The notes under the pieces are model-generated. The model was not told the DNA's origin and did no database searches. It saw nothing but the letters and a program-made list of their open reading frames with translations. A stretch of 64,000 nucleotides of DNA from an uncultured Chloroflexia bacterium (GTDB lineage Bacteria; Chloroflexota; Anaerolineae; Anaerolineales; UBA4823). Each line of letters begins with the position of its first letter. Positions within the stretch are counted from its first letter, which is position 1. Made by a program: the position numbers and the translations under genes. The stretch is from NCBI GenBank assembly GCA_963809805.1, contig CAWELB010000008.1, positions 446,356-510,355 of the forward strand, given 5' to 3'. This document shows positions 9,183-19,632 of this stretch, piece after piece.

Positions 9183-11117
9183 TCAATAAAAACGATTCCA
9201 AATTGTCATTGCACCCGGAGTCCGGTTTGCCCAAGCGAAATAAGGGATGTATGTGACCTCAATCTCATGTTCTTGCGCATGGTTCTTATCCAATCGGATC
9301 ACACGATATAAATGACCAGACCAATCTGTATCGATCGCGCCTAGCCGACCTTTCAAATGCAGCTGCACAACGCCACCCAATAGATCTGGTTGGAATTCTT
9401 CCTCTGGTTGCTTCGACATATCAACCTGAATACCAGATAACGGGCCCTTCGGGTTATCAACCGTTTCTAAACAATACACTATAGGCCCCCTTGAAACGGC
9501 GATTCGCCTATTATTCTCTTCAATCAATGGATGACTTTCGATGTAGCGCACATTCATCGGTAAATTTAAATTCACTCGATCTCCGCCATACCAATTGCGA
9601 TGAATTTCCAGATATTTACCCGATCCGTCCTTATGAGGGTAGAGCTCATTATTAATTTTGACAATGACCTGATCGTTCTCTACCCATTCTGGAAGGCGTA
9701 GGAAAATGCTGAATTCTTCAGCATTTGTTATACCATCACTCGCCAAGCCGATCGGTGAAATCCTTGAGATTTGCAGTGAAATACCCCCATCCCAAGGATA
9801 AGATGTGGCTAGTTGCAGCCCAACTTGGGATCCATTCAACAGCTCAATATTTGCTCTCGATGGTGCATATAGATGCAACCAGATTCCTTCTTCTGATAGA
9901 CTATACATGTACCCAGGTAGCATGGCTATAGTCCGGCTTATGTTAGGTGGACAACAAGCACAATCGAACCATGCCTGACGCCGATACTCACCTTCATCTT
10001 TGAGTGGATTGATATAAAAATATTCCTTACCATCCAGGGATATCCCAGGCAGGACTGCATTATAGAGCGTCCATTCCAAAAGATCAGCATAACGGGCATC
10101 CCCACGGTTTTGTAACATACGCCAATTCCACATGAGGCTGGCGATTGCCGCGCAGGATTCTGCATACGCCCTGGCATTGGGAAGCTCATATGGCTTTCCA
10201 AATGCCTCCCCCTCATGCCGGGCACCAACTCCACCAGTCACATACATCTGCTGATGGACCATATTTGTCCACAATTTCTCAAGTACGCACATCAATTCGG
10301 ATTCACCACTTTCGAGAACCAGGTCAGCTGCACCTGAGCAAAGATATAACGCTCTTACAGCATGACCCACCAGGTGGTCCATCTTCCGTAATGGGAGGTG
10401 ATCCAACAAATACTCCCCTCCGCCCAATGAGCCATACCCACGGCGGTCAATAAATGTTGATGCGAGTTCAAGATATTTTCTATCCCCAATTGTCCTGGAG
10501 AGCTCAATCAGTGCCATTTCAATCTCAGGGTGACCGCTAGTCCCCTCGAGACCTGATGGACCAAAGTTGGTATAAATATGGTCAGCAAGACGAATTGCCA
10601 GATTCAACAGTTTCCATTCGCCTGTCACCCGGTAGTGTGCGATTGCTGCCTGGATTAAATGCCCAGCACAATACAGCTCATGCTTCTCCCTTAGATTCGT
10701 CCACCGTTCACCTGATCTTTCCAATGAAAAATAGGTATTTAGATATCCGTCCTTGTCCTGAGCTTTGACGAGTAATCTTATGACAGTATCCACCAATTGA
10801 TTTAGCTTATCATCCCGGCAATAACTCATCGTACAGGCAGCTGCCTCGAGCCATTTATAAACATCCGAATCGTTAAACACAAATCCTTGGAACGGTTTAC
10901 TCACCTCCCCGAAAACCCGTCGAAAATTATCCAACCTGCCGGTCGACTCCAGTAAATTGTATTGGGTTTGAAGAGTTACCGACTGGTTTATCCGTACTCG
11001 GGAGTGCCAGAATCCTTCCTCTAATGAGACATTTTTGATCGATACCGGTTTAAGGCGCGCATGTGGACTGTGCCATGTATTCAGTATCACAGCATCCTTG
11101 TCATTCATCTTTTTCAT
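9183..11117 (-). CDS. Glycoside hydrolase family 127-like (DUF1680, beta-L-arabinofuranosidase type)
   Basis: 644 aa. Cys-rich zinc/active-site region WFDCACCPPNISR and (alpha/alpha)6-type repeats. Its size is typical of GH127. Confidence 0.7.
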   Translation of the reverse strand: MKKMNDKDAVILNTWHSPHARLKPVSIKNVSLEEGFWHSRVRINQSVTLQTQYNLLESTGRLDNFRRVFGEVSKPFQGFVFNDSDVYKWLEAAACTMSYCRDDKLNQLVDTVIRLLVKAQDKDGYLNTYFSLERSGERWTNLREKHELYCAGHLIQAAIAHYRVTGEWKLLNLAIRLADHIYTNFGPSGLEGTSGHPEIEMALIELSRTIGDRKYLELASTFIDRRGYGSLGGGEYLLDHLPLRKMDHLVGHAVRALYLCSGAADLVLESGESELMCVLEKLWTNMVHQQMYVTGGVGARHEGEAFGKPYELPNARAYAESCAAIASLMWNWRMLQNRGDARYADLLEWTLYNAVLPGISLDGKEYFYINPLKDEGEYRRQAWFDCACCPPNISRTIAMLPGYMYSLSEEGIWLHLYAPSRANIELLNGSQVGLQLATSYPWDGGISLQISRISPIGLASDGITNAEEFSIFLRLPEWVENDQVIVKINNELYPHKDGSGKYLEIHRNWYGGDRVNLNLPMNVRYIESHPLIEENNRRIAVSRGPIVYCLETVDNPKGPLSGIQVDMSKQPEEEFQPDLLGGVVQLHLKGRLGAIDTDWSGHLYRVIRLDKNHAQEHEIEVTYIPYFAWANRTPGAMTIWNRFY

Positions 11118-11122
11118 ATTGG

Positions 11123-11794
11123 CTATACGAAGTTTAAATAACTAGAGCTGGTTTTCGATAGATCAGAATAATACCCCCGGTATTCCATTGGTAATAATGC
11201 CGCAAGCTGGTACATGATCTCATCAACCATCTTATTCCGAGTTTCATGATCTACTCTGGTTTCCTGGAAGGATAGCCTAAATTCATTACCCACCCGTATG
11301 TGGAAATCAGTCCGCTTAAGACGGTTTATATTGTCACGGAATCTTTCCCCTCCATAATAGACCAATGGCAATATGGGTGCGTTACTGTGATACGCCAACA
11401 TTATTATACCTGGAAGCCCATGGCCTAGTTTTCCATGCCCACTGCGGGTCCCTTCGGGAGCTATAGCCAATATTTTTCCTTGCTGTAAGGCTTGCAAAGC
11501 CCTTCGGAAAGCTGTGGTGTCTGCTTCACCCCGTTGGATTGGAATCGCACCCCAGAGATTAAATAATAGCGCCATTACCGGGTTATTCCAGGTTTCTGCC
11601 TTGGCGAATCCTGTCACTTTACGTGGTTGTAAATGGGAATAAAGTAACGGGACCTCCATAAAATTGATATGATTGCTAGCGATGATCAATGGACCTTGCG
11701 TAGGCACATTGATCAATTGACTGTCATCAACTTTGCATAAAAGCCTCGTTATACTTTTAATCGAGGTAGTAACGACGGTAAAGGCAAGGCTCAT
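11123..11794 (-). CDS. Lysophospholipid (1-acyl-sn-glycerol-3-phosphate) acyltransferase family protein
   Basis: 223 aa. Motif I variant SNHINFME (HX4E instead of HX4D) and motif III APEGTRS. Confidence 0.7.
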   Translation of the reverse strand: MSLAFTVVTTSIKSITRLLCKVDDSQLINVPTQGPLIIASNHINFMEVPLLYSHLQPRKVTGFAKAETWNNPVMALLFNLWGAIPIQRGEADTTAFRRALQALQQGKILAIAPEGTRSGHGKLGHGLPGIIMLAYHSNAPILPLVYYGGERFRDNINRLKRTDFHIRVGNEFRLSFQETRVDHETRNKMVDEIMYQLAALLPMEYRGYYSDLSKTSSSYLNFV

Positions 11795-11802
11795 CTATTG
11801 AT

Positions 11803-12735
11803 CTATCCTGCTAAAATAGAAAGCGGTTGTTTTATGATTTCCACCAATAACTCATTCCCTGCAGTACAAATTGTCTCCCCATCTGCATGCGCAGGCAATG
11901 TTCCTTCGATTGCAACGACATGAATTCTAGCGGCACGACCAGTTTTAATTTTCTCCTGGGTAGCCTGAGTACCTTTCATGAACCGCGGGATCATAGTCAG
12001 GATTCCGATCCTGGATAGCTGGCCAGCTATGCACAAGTTTAATAAACCATCATCCGTACTCGCATCTGGAGCCATCATAAAACCGCCACCCATCCTTCTT
12101 CCATTCATAATTGATACCATCAAGGAAGGCTGGGTGATCACATTTTCATCAAACTCGATCCGGACCAAGGGAGCATTAAAAAACAGAAAAATCGTTCGTA
12201 AAGCAGCCACAACATAATTCAAGAACCCATGCAGATGAGTAAGTTTCAATGCTTCGAAACCCACCACAGCATCAAAACCAATCCCTACACCATTTCCAAA
12301 ATATCGTCCTTGTGGGTAATCACCGCCGATAACTTGACCGACGTCCATAGGACGGTATATTCCTTGTTGAACGACCTGAAATCCATCCTGCAAGCCTGGT
12401 GGTATGCCAAAACCATAAGCAAAATCGTTTCCTCGGCCGATGCCGATGATTCCCATTTTTGTGGTTCTATGCCCCTGGTTCCAGGCATGCATTAAGCCAT
12501 TCAAAACTTCATTTGCAGTGCCGTCTCCACCAACAGCAACAACAATATCAATATCTTTGCTCGCCGCCTCTTTAGCCAGGTCAATAGCATGGCCCGGTCG
12601 CTCTGTGCAAACGGTATCGTAGTCCAGCTTGTTTGCATGCGCCAGGCGATCAATCTCTGGTAAGGCAAGCTTCCCAGCCCCTTGCCCGGCAATTGGATTA
12701 ATGATAAATTTTATCTGATGTTCCATTAGTGACAC
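11803..12735 (-). CDS. Diacylglycerol/lipid kinase (YegS/DagK family)
   Basis: 310 aa. Catalytic-domain motif VAVGGDGTANEV; family fold NPIAGQG...GGDGT. Confidence 0.8.
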   Translation of the reverse strand: MSLMEHQIKFIINPIAGQGAGKLALPEIDRLAHANKLDYDTVCTERPGHAIDLAKEAASKDIDIVVAVGGDGTANEVLNGLMHAWNQGHRTTKMGIIGIGRGNDFAYGFGIPPGLQDGFQVVQQGIYRPMDVGQVIGGDYPQGRYFGNGVGIGFDAVVGFEALKLTHLHGFLNYVVAALRTIFLFFNAPLVRIEFDENVITQPSLMVSIMNGRRMGGGFMMAPDASTDDGLLNLCIAGQLSRIGILTMIPRFMKGTQATQEKIKTGRAARIHVVAIEGTLPAHADGETICTAGNELLVEIIKQPLSILAG

Positions 12736-13469
12736 ACCTCTGGTAGATTTCTGTAATCAAAAACCAGTATTGGACTATTAAGAATCTTTCTGATCTTCCC
12801 CTCGATTTGATAACAGGTGTTTGCTTTTGCTTCAGACCATACCAAATCATAAGAAATCCAGTAAAATGCACCCCGTTCGAAGCTGAAAATCAACATGAAT
12901 TCACCAGGCTTATCAATAATTTCGACTACCGTACCCCTCACACATATAGTTTGACCCACGTCAGCCAGTGTGATTGTTAGAACATCTCTACATGTGGGTG
13001 TTTGAGTGGGCGTCACTGTTGCTGGTACTTTCGTTTGAGTCGCGACGATTTTTTGTGTCGAAGTAATGGTCGGGCGGATTGTTGAGCTGGGACTGGCAGT
13101 GATTCCCATTTCTGTAGGTGTATTCGTCGGCGGGCTAACAGTTGGATCCGTATGTTGTGTGGAAGTAGGCCCTAAATTCACCAGGCTGGCAAGTTTATTT
13201 TCTAAGATTGGTCGTCCTGGACCAGCTAACGCATACCAAAGAAGTCCTAGGATTACTATACCGATCAGTACTCCCCCAATCAACTTAAGATTAAGTCGTT
13301 GAAATATATTTTTCTTAGCAGGTAAGGCACTGCTGGCCAGAATCATGTCAGAACGCAAAGACGCAATCAAGTTGTCTGCGCTGGATTTTTCCAGTTTTTT
13401 AGCTTCTTCTACTTCCTTGTGATAATCAAAAGGTCGTTTATCTTCTTGGTTGAATGACTTTTTGGTCAT
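12726..13469 (-). CDS. Single-pass membrane protein with a Thr/Pro-rich linker and a Cys-containing C-terminal ectodomain (function unknown)
   Basis: 247 aa. Hydrophobic helix LIGGVLIGIVILGLLWYAL, a T/P/S-rich stretch (nt ~12990-13175) and a C-terminal ~85 aa with 4 Cys. First gene of a tightly packed five-gene operon; it overlaps the next gene by 10 nt. Confidence 0.5.
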   Translation of the reverse strand: MTKKSFNQEDKRPFDYHKEVEEAKKLEKSSADNLIASLRSDMILASSALPAKKNIFQRLNLKLIGGVLIGIVILGLLWYALAGPGRPILENKLASLVNLGPTSTQHTDPTVSPPTNTPTEMGITASPSSTIRPTITSTQKIVATQTKVPATVTPTQTPTCRDVLTITLADVGQTICVRGTVVEIIDKPGEFMLIFSFERGAFYWISYDLVWSEAKANTCYQIEGKIRKILNSPILVFDYRNLPEVCH

Positions 13470-13531
13470 CGGTCACTTCGGTGGAAATTTTGTTAATTTA
13501 ATCCCAAGTATAGCATTAATCTCTTTTCGGG

Positions 13532-13565
13532 TAAAAAATACCTGCGGGTGTTTCCACCCGCAGGC
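13532..13565 (-). terminator. Rho-independent terminator of the protease gene
   Basis: Perfect 10-bp stem CCTGCGGGTG (13541-13550) / CACCCGCAGG (13555-13564) with a 4-nt loop. On the minus strand it is followed by TATTTTTTAC. A second 8-bp hairpin (TTACCCAT/ATGGGTAA) sits at ~13589-13607. Confidence 0.7.
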
Positions 13566-13617
13566 ATATACGATATGTTTCATCGATCTTTACCCATTGG
13601 ATGGGTAAGGAACGAGG

Positions 13618-16600
13618 TTAGTTTTTATTCACCAAAGGTAGCAGAATGACCTTTGGAAGCACATCAACCACTTTTATGAATGTTGTGCAACCAGCAGTGT
13701 TACAAGCTTCCAATGAAACTGTGTATGTGCCGAATGTAGCATATACATGAGATATCGGTTCCCACGTGCCTGCAACTGGTGCAGTTCCATCTCCAAAGTT
13801 CCACTCGAAGGTCGTATCACCTGGAATTCCAGGAAGCGTGGTATTTGTGAACACAGTCGGTTCACCTACCATCACAGTTGTCCAAGTGAATCCTGCTTCC
13901 GGTACAGTATACGCTTCAACGATGTGCATGACCACAGGAACTTCCTGGTTACCAACTACCGGATCATTATTCTTGATCGTTAAAGTAGCCGAGTAAGTCC
14001 CTAATGGCATCGGGGTCCCATCTGTGAATTGTGAAGTGAAGTAAATTCCAACATTCTCCAGACTTCCAGCGGATACTGTGCCTGAGATGGGTACTTCCCA
14101 AATCCAAGGCACATCCGTCGGACCCATTAGCCAGAAGATCGCATTATGAACCATAAGATCCATCTGACCTGTCCACTGTCTGTTCGTACCAACATAACCG
14201 TTTATCGATACAACGGTACGATCGTCCTTTGCAGCGACAGCTAACTGTCCATCAGCCCATGCCGCTACAGCGGTTGAATCTGCAGTCAGATAGGTGCCAG
14301 TCATGCGAAAGTAATCACAAACGTCTGTGACACCCGCCATGATTGGATGGGTTGGGTCATATGTCCCCAGGCAAGAAGTGACAAAGTTGAGACTCGTGCC
14401 ATCCATCGCGGTATAACCTTCGGTCATGAAACGTCCTTGCATCTGCCAGCCATGTGTTCCCATAGAGAACATCAGGTTGATCACCTTTCCGCCGCCATCG
14501 ACGTAGTCTGCCAGCACGTTACCTATTCCTACTGCTTCAAAGTAAATAAAGTCAGACCATGTGAGCACCACATCGTAGGTTTCCAGTTCGGCTAAAGTCG
14601 GGGTAGCAAATTGAGCATCGAATACGTCCACGACTTCAAAATCACCGAAAGCTTGCAGCTGTGCGCGGATCGGTTCACAGAGGGGCGTGTAGTCAGAACA
14701 CGCAAGCAGCACACGTGGTCCTCCTGCAGTCGGGGTATTAGGTACCTGTATTTTAATCTCAGGGCTGGGTTGGTACGGTCCACTGGCTACTGCACTGCCT
14801 GCCGGAGCCACAGATGGCCCCGCTGGGATAGTGATGGTCTTAAAGGAATTCGATCCAAGTGGAGCGAATCCTTCATCCTTTTCGCTGATCTCCCATGTCA
14901 GAGGTTGCGTGCCTGGATTGCTGATCTCAAGCCCACCAGAGGTGTATACCTGAGTGTCGGTAAGCACCCAGACTTCGATCATATCAGGTTCAACCTTGAC
15001 ACATGGTCGATCTGGAACCAGGATTACATCGCCATTGGTAGTCTGTCCAGCAACGACAGTATACTCTCCACTAGTACCCACATACCCCGCAGCACTGAAG
15101 CTGACGTCAAAGGTTCCCTGCTCAATCCACGCAGAGTAGTAACCATTTTCATCAGTCATTGTTTGGGTGATGGGATCTCCACCGGTAATCTCAACTAAGG
15201 CTTCTTCTACCGGTCCATTTGTGCATTTGTCGATTATAGTACCGGCAAGCTTGCCCCAGGTGCTGGGAGGTAAGACGGTCATGACCACCGGAACATTAAC
15301 CTTCGGTTGACCATTCACTGTCAGGGAAGCCAGATAGTCACCAGGTTGATTGATACCGACTGCCTGGGTTGCAGTGAAGTATACACTTACAGGCAAGGTT
15401 TCTCCGGCAGGTACGGTACCAGTTTCCGGAACTTCACCCAACCATGGTACACCACCACCCCCGATCGATGGACAATCAGGAGAGAAGTTTCGATTGTGAC
15501 CTGTGGTAGGGGTGAAACCTCCCGTTGAACCAGCTGCTACGTAGAATGAGCAGCCATCCTCAGAGATGATATTGGTACCCCCAACACGGTAGACGGTAGT
15601 TGGCGGTGGAGGTCCGATATGCCACGTACTGTCGGCTTCACTAAAGTAAGCTGAGTTTGGCCAGAGAGCAAAATTAACATCAGCGCCATTTGCAACCCAA
15701 AGCTGATAATCGCCGCCTTCGTAGAGGAAACCGCTAGCCGTACCCCATAGTCCCGTGGGAAGTGTTCCAAGGTCAGCGTTGGCGGGATTAAAGGCACCCG
15801 CACTAATGTCATAGCACTGAGTGGCGTTCGAGACAACGCTGCTCGCGTCTGTACCTCCTCCGACACAAATAGCGCCGGATGCGCCAACCCAAGGCACATA
15901 CCATGCGGCGTGGAAATCAAATCCACCTGGCGAGTAGTTGAAGTCACCAAGGTTCTCGACGGTATTCGTATCTGGATGATATGCATATAGAGCACTCGTA
16001 TTGCCACCACCTGGGGCCGTGGCACCTCCAGAGATATAGCATACATTCTGGCCAGTCAAACTAATTAGCGAAACAGTATTTTGTGCCCAAAGACCGCCAC
16101 TTGGGAATCCAGCAGGTACTTCAGGAGTGTCCCATGCGTTGGTAGTTATGTTATATCGGTGAAGTGTCGTAGCACCGCTTGCAGTGTCATTGAACAGCAC
16201 TGCAACCCCTTCACCACTTGCGTTTTGTCCAATACAACCATCAACTGCGTAGGCAATCTGAGGTGCAGGTTCTGTGGCACCAGTAGTCCAGGAGTTAGTC
16301 TCGGGGTTGTAGATACCGACTTGACCAGCTGCCCCATAACCACCAACTAGGTATCCCATGCCCTCATATTCCAAATATGGATTGTCCATGGTGGCAAAGG
16401 GAGTGGATGGTAAACTTTGCCAGGTTCCTTGAGGAGCACCATTACTCGCAACTTGATTAGGGACATAACCTTCGGGAACTAATCCTGTGGTTACATACCC
16501 TGGGACAGATGGTACTAGTTCATACTCAGGTTGTCCACCACCAAGTGGTATATATCCTTCGTCTTTTTCTTGGAACTCAAACGGATAGTCTGTAGGTAGT

Positions 16601-18651
16601 CGGTTCAATATGCTAGCATCAACACTGGAAGTGCTCCCCATATCCAATGTCACATGAAGCGGACTCGGGGTGAACACGATCGCAGCCTGTAACGCGAAGT
16701 TATGTTCTGTATTCTGACCAGAAACAATGTCAACCGTCGCGGATTCTGGTGCATAGTCTTGCAAGGTTGCAGTGATTACATATGTTCCTTGATCCAACAA
16801 GATCTCGTAGGAACCGTCATCGAGTGTTGTGGTGCTGCTGCCATCACTGACGTCGATCGTTGCTCCTGGTAGAGGGAATCCGTTATCGAAATCTGTCACG
16901 GTTCCCATCAGTTTACCCCGGGGAGTCAGCTCGAAATCCTGTGTGGTGAGGGTATCTGTTACAACCTCAACACCGGCTACAGTCAATGCTTCATATTCCA
17001 GGTGCGATGCGGTAATTTCATAGATACCTGCCGCAACCGTCATCGTGTAATATCCAGTAGCGTCCGTTTGATCATCCCAGACGAATCCATCTTCATGGAC
17101 TGCAACGACGGATGCATCTGCGATTGGTAAGCCGGTAACTGCATCAGTAACAATTCCATCTAATTGACCGGAGCCACCCAGAGCGAGTGCCAGCTGAACA
17201 GCTGCTGCTGCGTCGATGGTGCCGTAACCCCAATCATTATTCGGGCCTACAGAGTAATCACCACCGCAGTTTGAACCGCCTTGTCCCGTCAGGGGAGCTG
17301 CGGTCTCATGAATGATATCAATCGTTTGAGCTACCTGACCACGCAGGGCTGGATTAGCCGACCAGATCAAGCCAACTAAGGCTGTGGCATGCGGTCCTGC
17401 CATGCTGGTTCCAGACCAGGAGGCATAAGTATTACCCGGTAACGATGAACGAATTCCGTTTCCAGGAGCCATGATGTCCGGGAAGTAGTTCCCATCCAGG
17501 CTGGATGGTCCACGGCTTGAAAAATCGGTAACAACACCTGGGAAGACCTGTCCTGCATGGTCTACCGACCCTGTGGTCAGTACCTCCTGATAATCTCCTG
17601 GTGAGCGCAGTGATTGGCATCCAGAACCTTCGTTTCCTGCAGATACTTCGACCAGGATACCGGCGGCTTGTAAGTTGTCAACCGATTCGCGCATTGAGTT
17701 GTTTCCGCCACCGCTGAAGCCCCATGAGTTATTGATCGCATCTGGAGCCATCTCAGGAAGTGGATTAGCACCGCTCAGATCCCAAGGTGCCAGATCCCAT
17801 TGGAAGCACAGGATGAAGTGCGCATCATCGCCGCTTCCGCCGACCATATTTTTACAGTGTACGGTCTTGGCACCAGGAGCTACACCGATCTGGTTACCCG
17901 CACCATCGTCACCAATCATAGTGCCCGTCGTGTGGGTTCCATGACCATAATCATCCCAAGGTACAACATTCTGAGGAGCCCAGGCATCATACCAGTTGTA
18001 GTTGTGATCCATATTGGAGCATGTAGGTGGATTCAGGCAACCACGATAATGGGGAGCAATCGCAGGATGGGTCACATCTAAGCCGGTATCATTTCCAGCC
18101 ATAATTGTGCCCTCTCCGGTAATTCCCATCGCCCAAACATCGTCAGCATTGATGAAGACCAGGTTTGGCTCAACGGTCAATGGCTGGACATTGCTTGGTT
18201 GAGGGTTGATTGGCTCGTCCAATTGGTATTGGTGATTGATACTCACGGTAGCAACATCTGATCGCAAAGCAATCGATTGTGCCAGATCTGCTGTGCCTTG
18301 CTTGACCCAGATCGCATTGACAATGTAGAAAGACTGATAATCAGCGCCCTTGCTATCCAGATAGGCGCGTAGATCAGCCTGGGTACTTGTAGCGGTCGCT
18401 ACGAGTGTATCAAACACATATTGACCCTTTTCAATCTTTGTTTGAAGCTTGTCCGCTGCGCTCACATCAGCCTGTTTCGCCATCGTTATAATGAAATCGG
18501 CTGGCCCCTTATCGAGCTGATCCAGCAAACCCGCCTCTAGTTTAGGCGTGGGCGTACCCTGGGCAAGTGCGCCATCTTTTATGGCGAACCCCAAAGCCAT
18601 CCCAGCTAACAAAAGGATTGAGAAGGTTAATTGTATGATCTTTCTAGACAT
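13618..18651 (-). CDS. Giant secreted subtilisin-like (S8) serine protease with multiple accessory domains
   Basis: 1677 aa. It has a signal peptide (MSRKIIQLTFSILLLAGMALGFA) and an I9-like propeptide. The S8 catalytic motifs are AGNDTGLD (Asp), HGTHTTGT (His), NNSWG (Asn) and SGTSMAGPH (Ser). Downstream are CarboxypepD_reg-like beta-sandwiches, Kelch-like blades, an alpha/beta module and a C-terminal PKD domain (FEWNFGDGT...YATFGTYTVSL). GGAGG lies 9 nt upstream of the ATG. Confidence 0.85.
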   Translation of the reverse strand: MSRKIIQLTFSILLLAGMALGFAIKDGALAQGTPTPKLEAGLLDQLDKGPADFIITMAKQADVSAADKLQTKIEKGQYVFDTLVATATSTQADLRAYLDSKGADYQSFYIVNAIWVKQGTADLAQSIALRSDVATVSINHQYQLDEPINPQPSNVQPLTVEPNLVFINADDVWAMGITGEGTIMAGNDTGLDVTHPAIAPHYRGCLNPPTCSNMDHNYNWYDAWAPQNVVPWDDYGHGTHTTGTMIGDDGAGNQIGVAPGAKTVHCKNMVGGSGDDAHFILCFQWDLAPWDLSGANPLPEMAPDAINNSWGFSGGGNNSMRESVDNLQAAGILVEVSAGNEGSGCQSLRSPGDYQEVLTTGSVDHAGQVFPGVVTDFSSRGPSSLDGNYFPDIMAPGNGIRSSLPGNTYASWSGTSMAGPHATALVGLIWSANPALRGQVAQTIDIIHETAAPLTGQGGSNCGGDYSVGPNNDWGYGTIDAAAAVQLALALGGSGQLDGIVTDAVTGLPIADASVVAVHEDGFVWDDQTDATGYYTMTVAAGIYEITASHLEYEALTVAGVEVVTDTLTTQDFELTPRGKLMGTVTDFDNGFPLPGATIDVSDGSSTTTLDDGSYEILLDQGTYVITATLQDYAPESATVDIVSGQNTEHNFALQAAIVFTPSPLHVTLDMGSTSSVDASILNRLPTDYPFEFQEKDEGYIPLGGGQPEYELVPSVPGYVTTGLVPEGYVPNQVASNGAPQGTWQSLPSTPFATMDNPYLEYEGMGYLVGGYGAAGQVGIYNPETNSWTTGATEPAPQIAYAVDGCIGQNASGEGVAVLFNDTASGATTLHRYNITTNAWDTPEVPAGFPSGGLWAQNTVSLISLTGQNVCYISGGATAPGGGNTSALYAYHPDTNTVENLGDFNYSPGGFDFHAAWYVPWVGASGAICVGGGTDASSVVSNATQCYDISAGAFNPANADLGTLPTGLWGTASGFLYEGGDYQLWVANGADVNFALWPNSAYFSEADSTWHIGPPPPTTVYRVGGTNIISEDGCSFYVAAGSTGGFTPTTGHNRNFSPDCPSIGGGGVPWLGEVPETGTVPAGETLPVSVYFTATQAVGINQPGDYLASLTVNGQPKVNVPVVMTVLPPSTWGKLAGTIIDKCTNGPVEEALVEITGGDPITQTMTDENGYYSAWIEQGTFDVSFSAAGYVGTSGEYTVVAGQTTNGDVILVPDRPCVKVEPDMIEVWVLTDTQVYTSGGLEISNPGTQPLTWEISEKDEGFAPLGSNSFKTITIPAGPSVAPAGSAVASGPYQPSPEIKIQVPNTPTAGGPRVLLACSDYTPLCEPIRAQLQAFGDFEVVDVFDAQFATPTLAELETYDVVLTWSDFIYFEAVGIGNVLADYVDGGGKVINLMFSMGTHGWQMQGRFMTEGYTAMDGTSLNFVTSCLGTYDPTHPIMAGVTDVCDYFRMTGTYLTADSTAVAAWADGQLAVAAKDDRTVVSINGYVGTNRQWTGQMDLMVHNAIFWLMGPTDVPWIWEVPISGTVSAGSLENVGIYFTSQFTDGTPMPLGTYSATLTIKNNDPVVGNQEVPVVMHIVEAYTVPEAGFTWTTVMVGEPTVFTNTTLPGIPGDTTFEWNFGDGTAPVAGTWEPISHVYATFGTYTVSLEACNTAGCTTFIKVVDVLPKVILLPLVNKN

Positions 18652-19503
18652 TAGATATTACCTCCATAGTTTTGCGATATTTGTTTAAACTGCACTGAAA
18701 ACTAAGCTGGATATACTCTTATTCTTGAAGCCATTAATCTTGCATGGTTTCAAATATGAACGCCTCCTTCCTACTCGATATTTCGAATATTTATAAGGTT
18801 GTAGAGTTATTCGCCAAAATTCTCGATGATAGCATTGATGTGTATATTCAATTAAACTTAGGCAATCCGGGTTGGGTTGTGTTGTAAGAACAAATAATCC
18901 TTAGAATGAAATTTTCATCCCGATTTAGAAGTACCAATAATATACTCATGCCATCCTAAGTAATTATTTATTAACAATTAATCATAACACAGAATTAATA
19001 AGCAGATGATTAATAGCCTGTTTTCAACCCAATTCGGAAGTAATTTAAAACTTTCTGACAGTGTGAATATTAGTCGTCTCTTATAGTACAAGTAGATCTA
19101 AGTCTCCTGACATAATATCTTGGATTATCAAATCAAATCCTCGACCGCGGTTCCGCTGAAGAACTTCTATCCATCATCAATAAGCTGATGTTGAAATGGT
19201 TGCAATAAATGACACGATGCAAGATTAATACCTTTTTATATAAACGAAGGCTATTTTCCCTAACAGATAATATTTCAAAGATAAATACAGAAATGTCAAA
19301 TGAATATTATCTGGGCTAGGCAGGCCAGTCTACTCAAAGAACGATGCCTTGGGAACATATTTCTCAAGACATCTAACTAGGAATGATTATTAGGATTTGC
19401 GATAAATATGTATACTCGGGGCAATTTATTACAGTGGTCTTTAAATTAATTATTATTTCCTTCTAAATCCCCCATCATCAACCATCATTCCAGTAAACCA
19501 CAA

Positions 19504-19574
19504 AGCGGGCGATGAGAATCGAACTCACGTTTGATGCTTGGGAAGCATCCGCACTACCATTATGCGACGCCCGC
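19504..19574 (-). tRNA. tRNA-Gly (anticodon CCC), 71 nt, CCA not encoded
   Basis: Minus strand: GCGGGCG TC GCAT AATGGTA GTGC G GATGC TTCCCAA GCATC AAAC GTGAG TTCGATT CTCAT CGCCCGC T. All four stems pair (7/4/5/5 bp), the T-loop is TTCGATT, and the discriminator is U as in bacterial tRNA-Gly. Confidence 0.85.
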
Positions 19575-19586
19575 GATAGATTGCTG

Positions 19587-19615
19587 ATTATAGCCAGCCC
19601 GGGAACAGATGTCAA
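19587..19615 (-). promoter_or_regulatory. Consensus sigma-70 promoter of tRNA-Gly
   Basis: Minus strand reads TTGACA (19615-19610), a 17-nt spacer, then TATAAT (19592-19587). The tRNA 5' end (19574) lies 12 nt after the -10 element. Confidence 0.6.
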
Positions 19616-19632
19616 GGAAGGGATATCCATAG

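Noticed and set aside
18652-19574. Possible integrated mobile element next to tRNA-Gly.
   Set aside because: I found no integrase, transposase or phage gene. I also found no direct repeat of the tRNA 3' end (GTTCGATTCTCATCGCCCGC) within the AT-rich spacer, so there is no support for an island. The spacer is kept only as an unexplained compositional feature.
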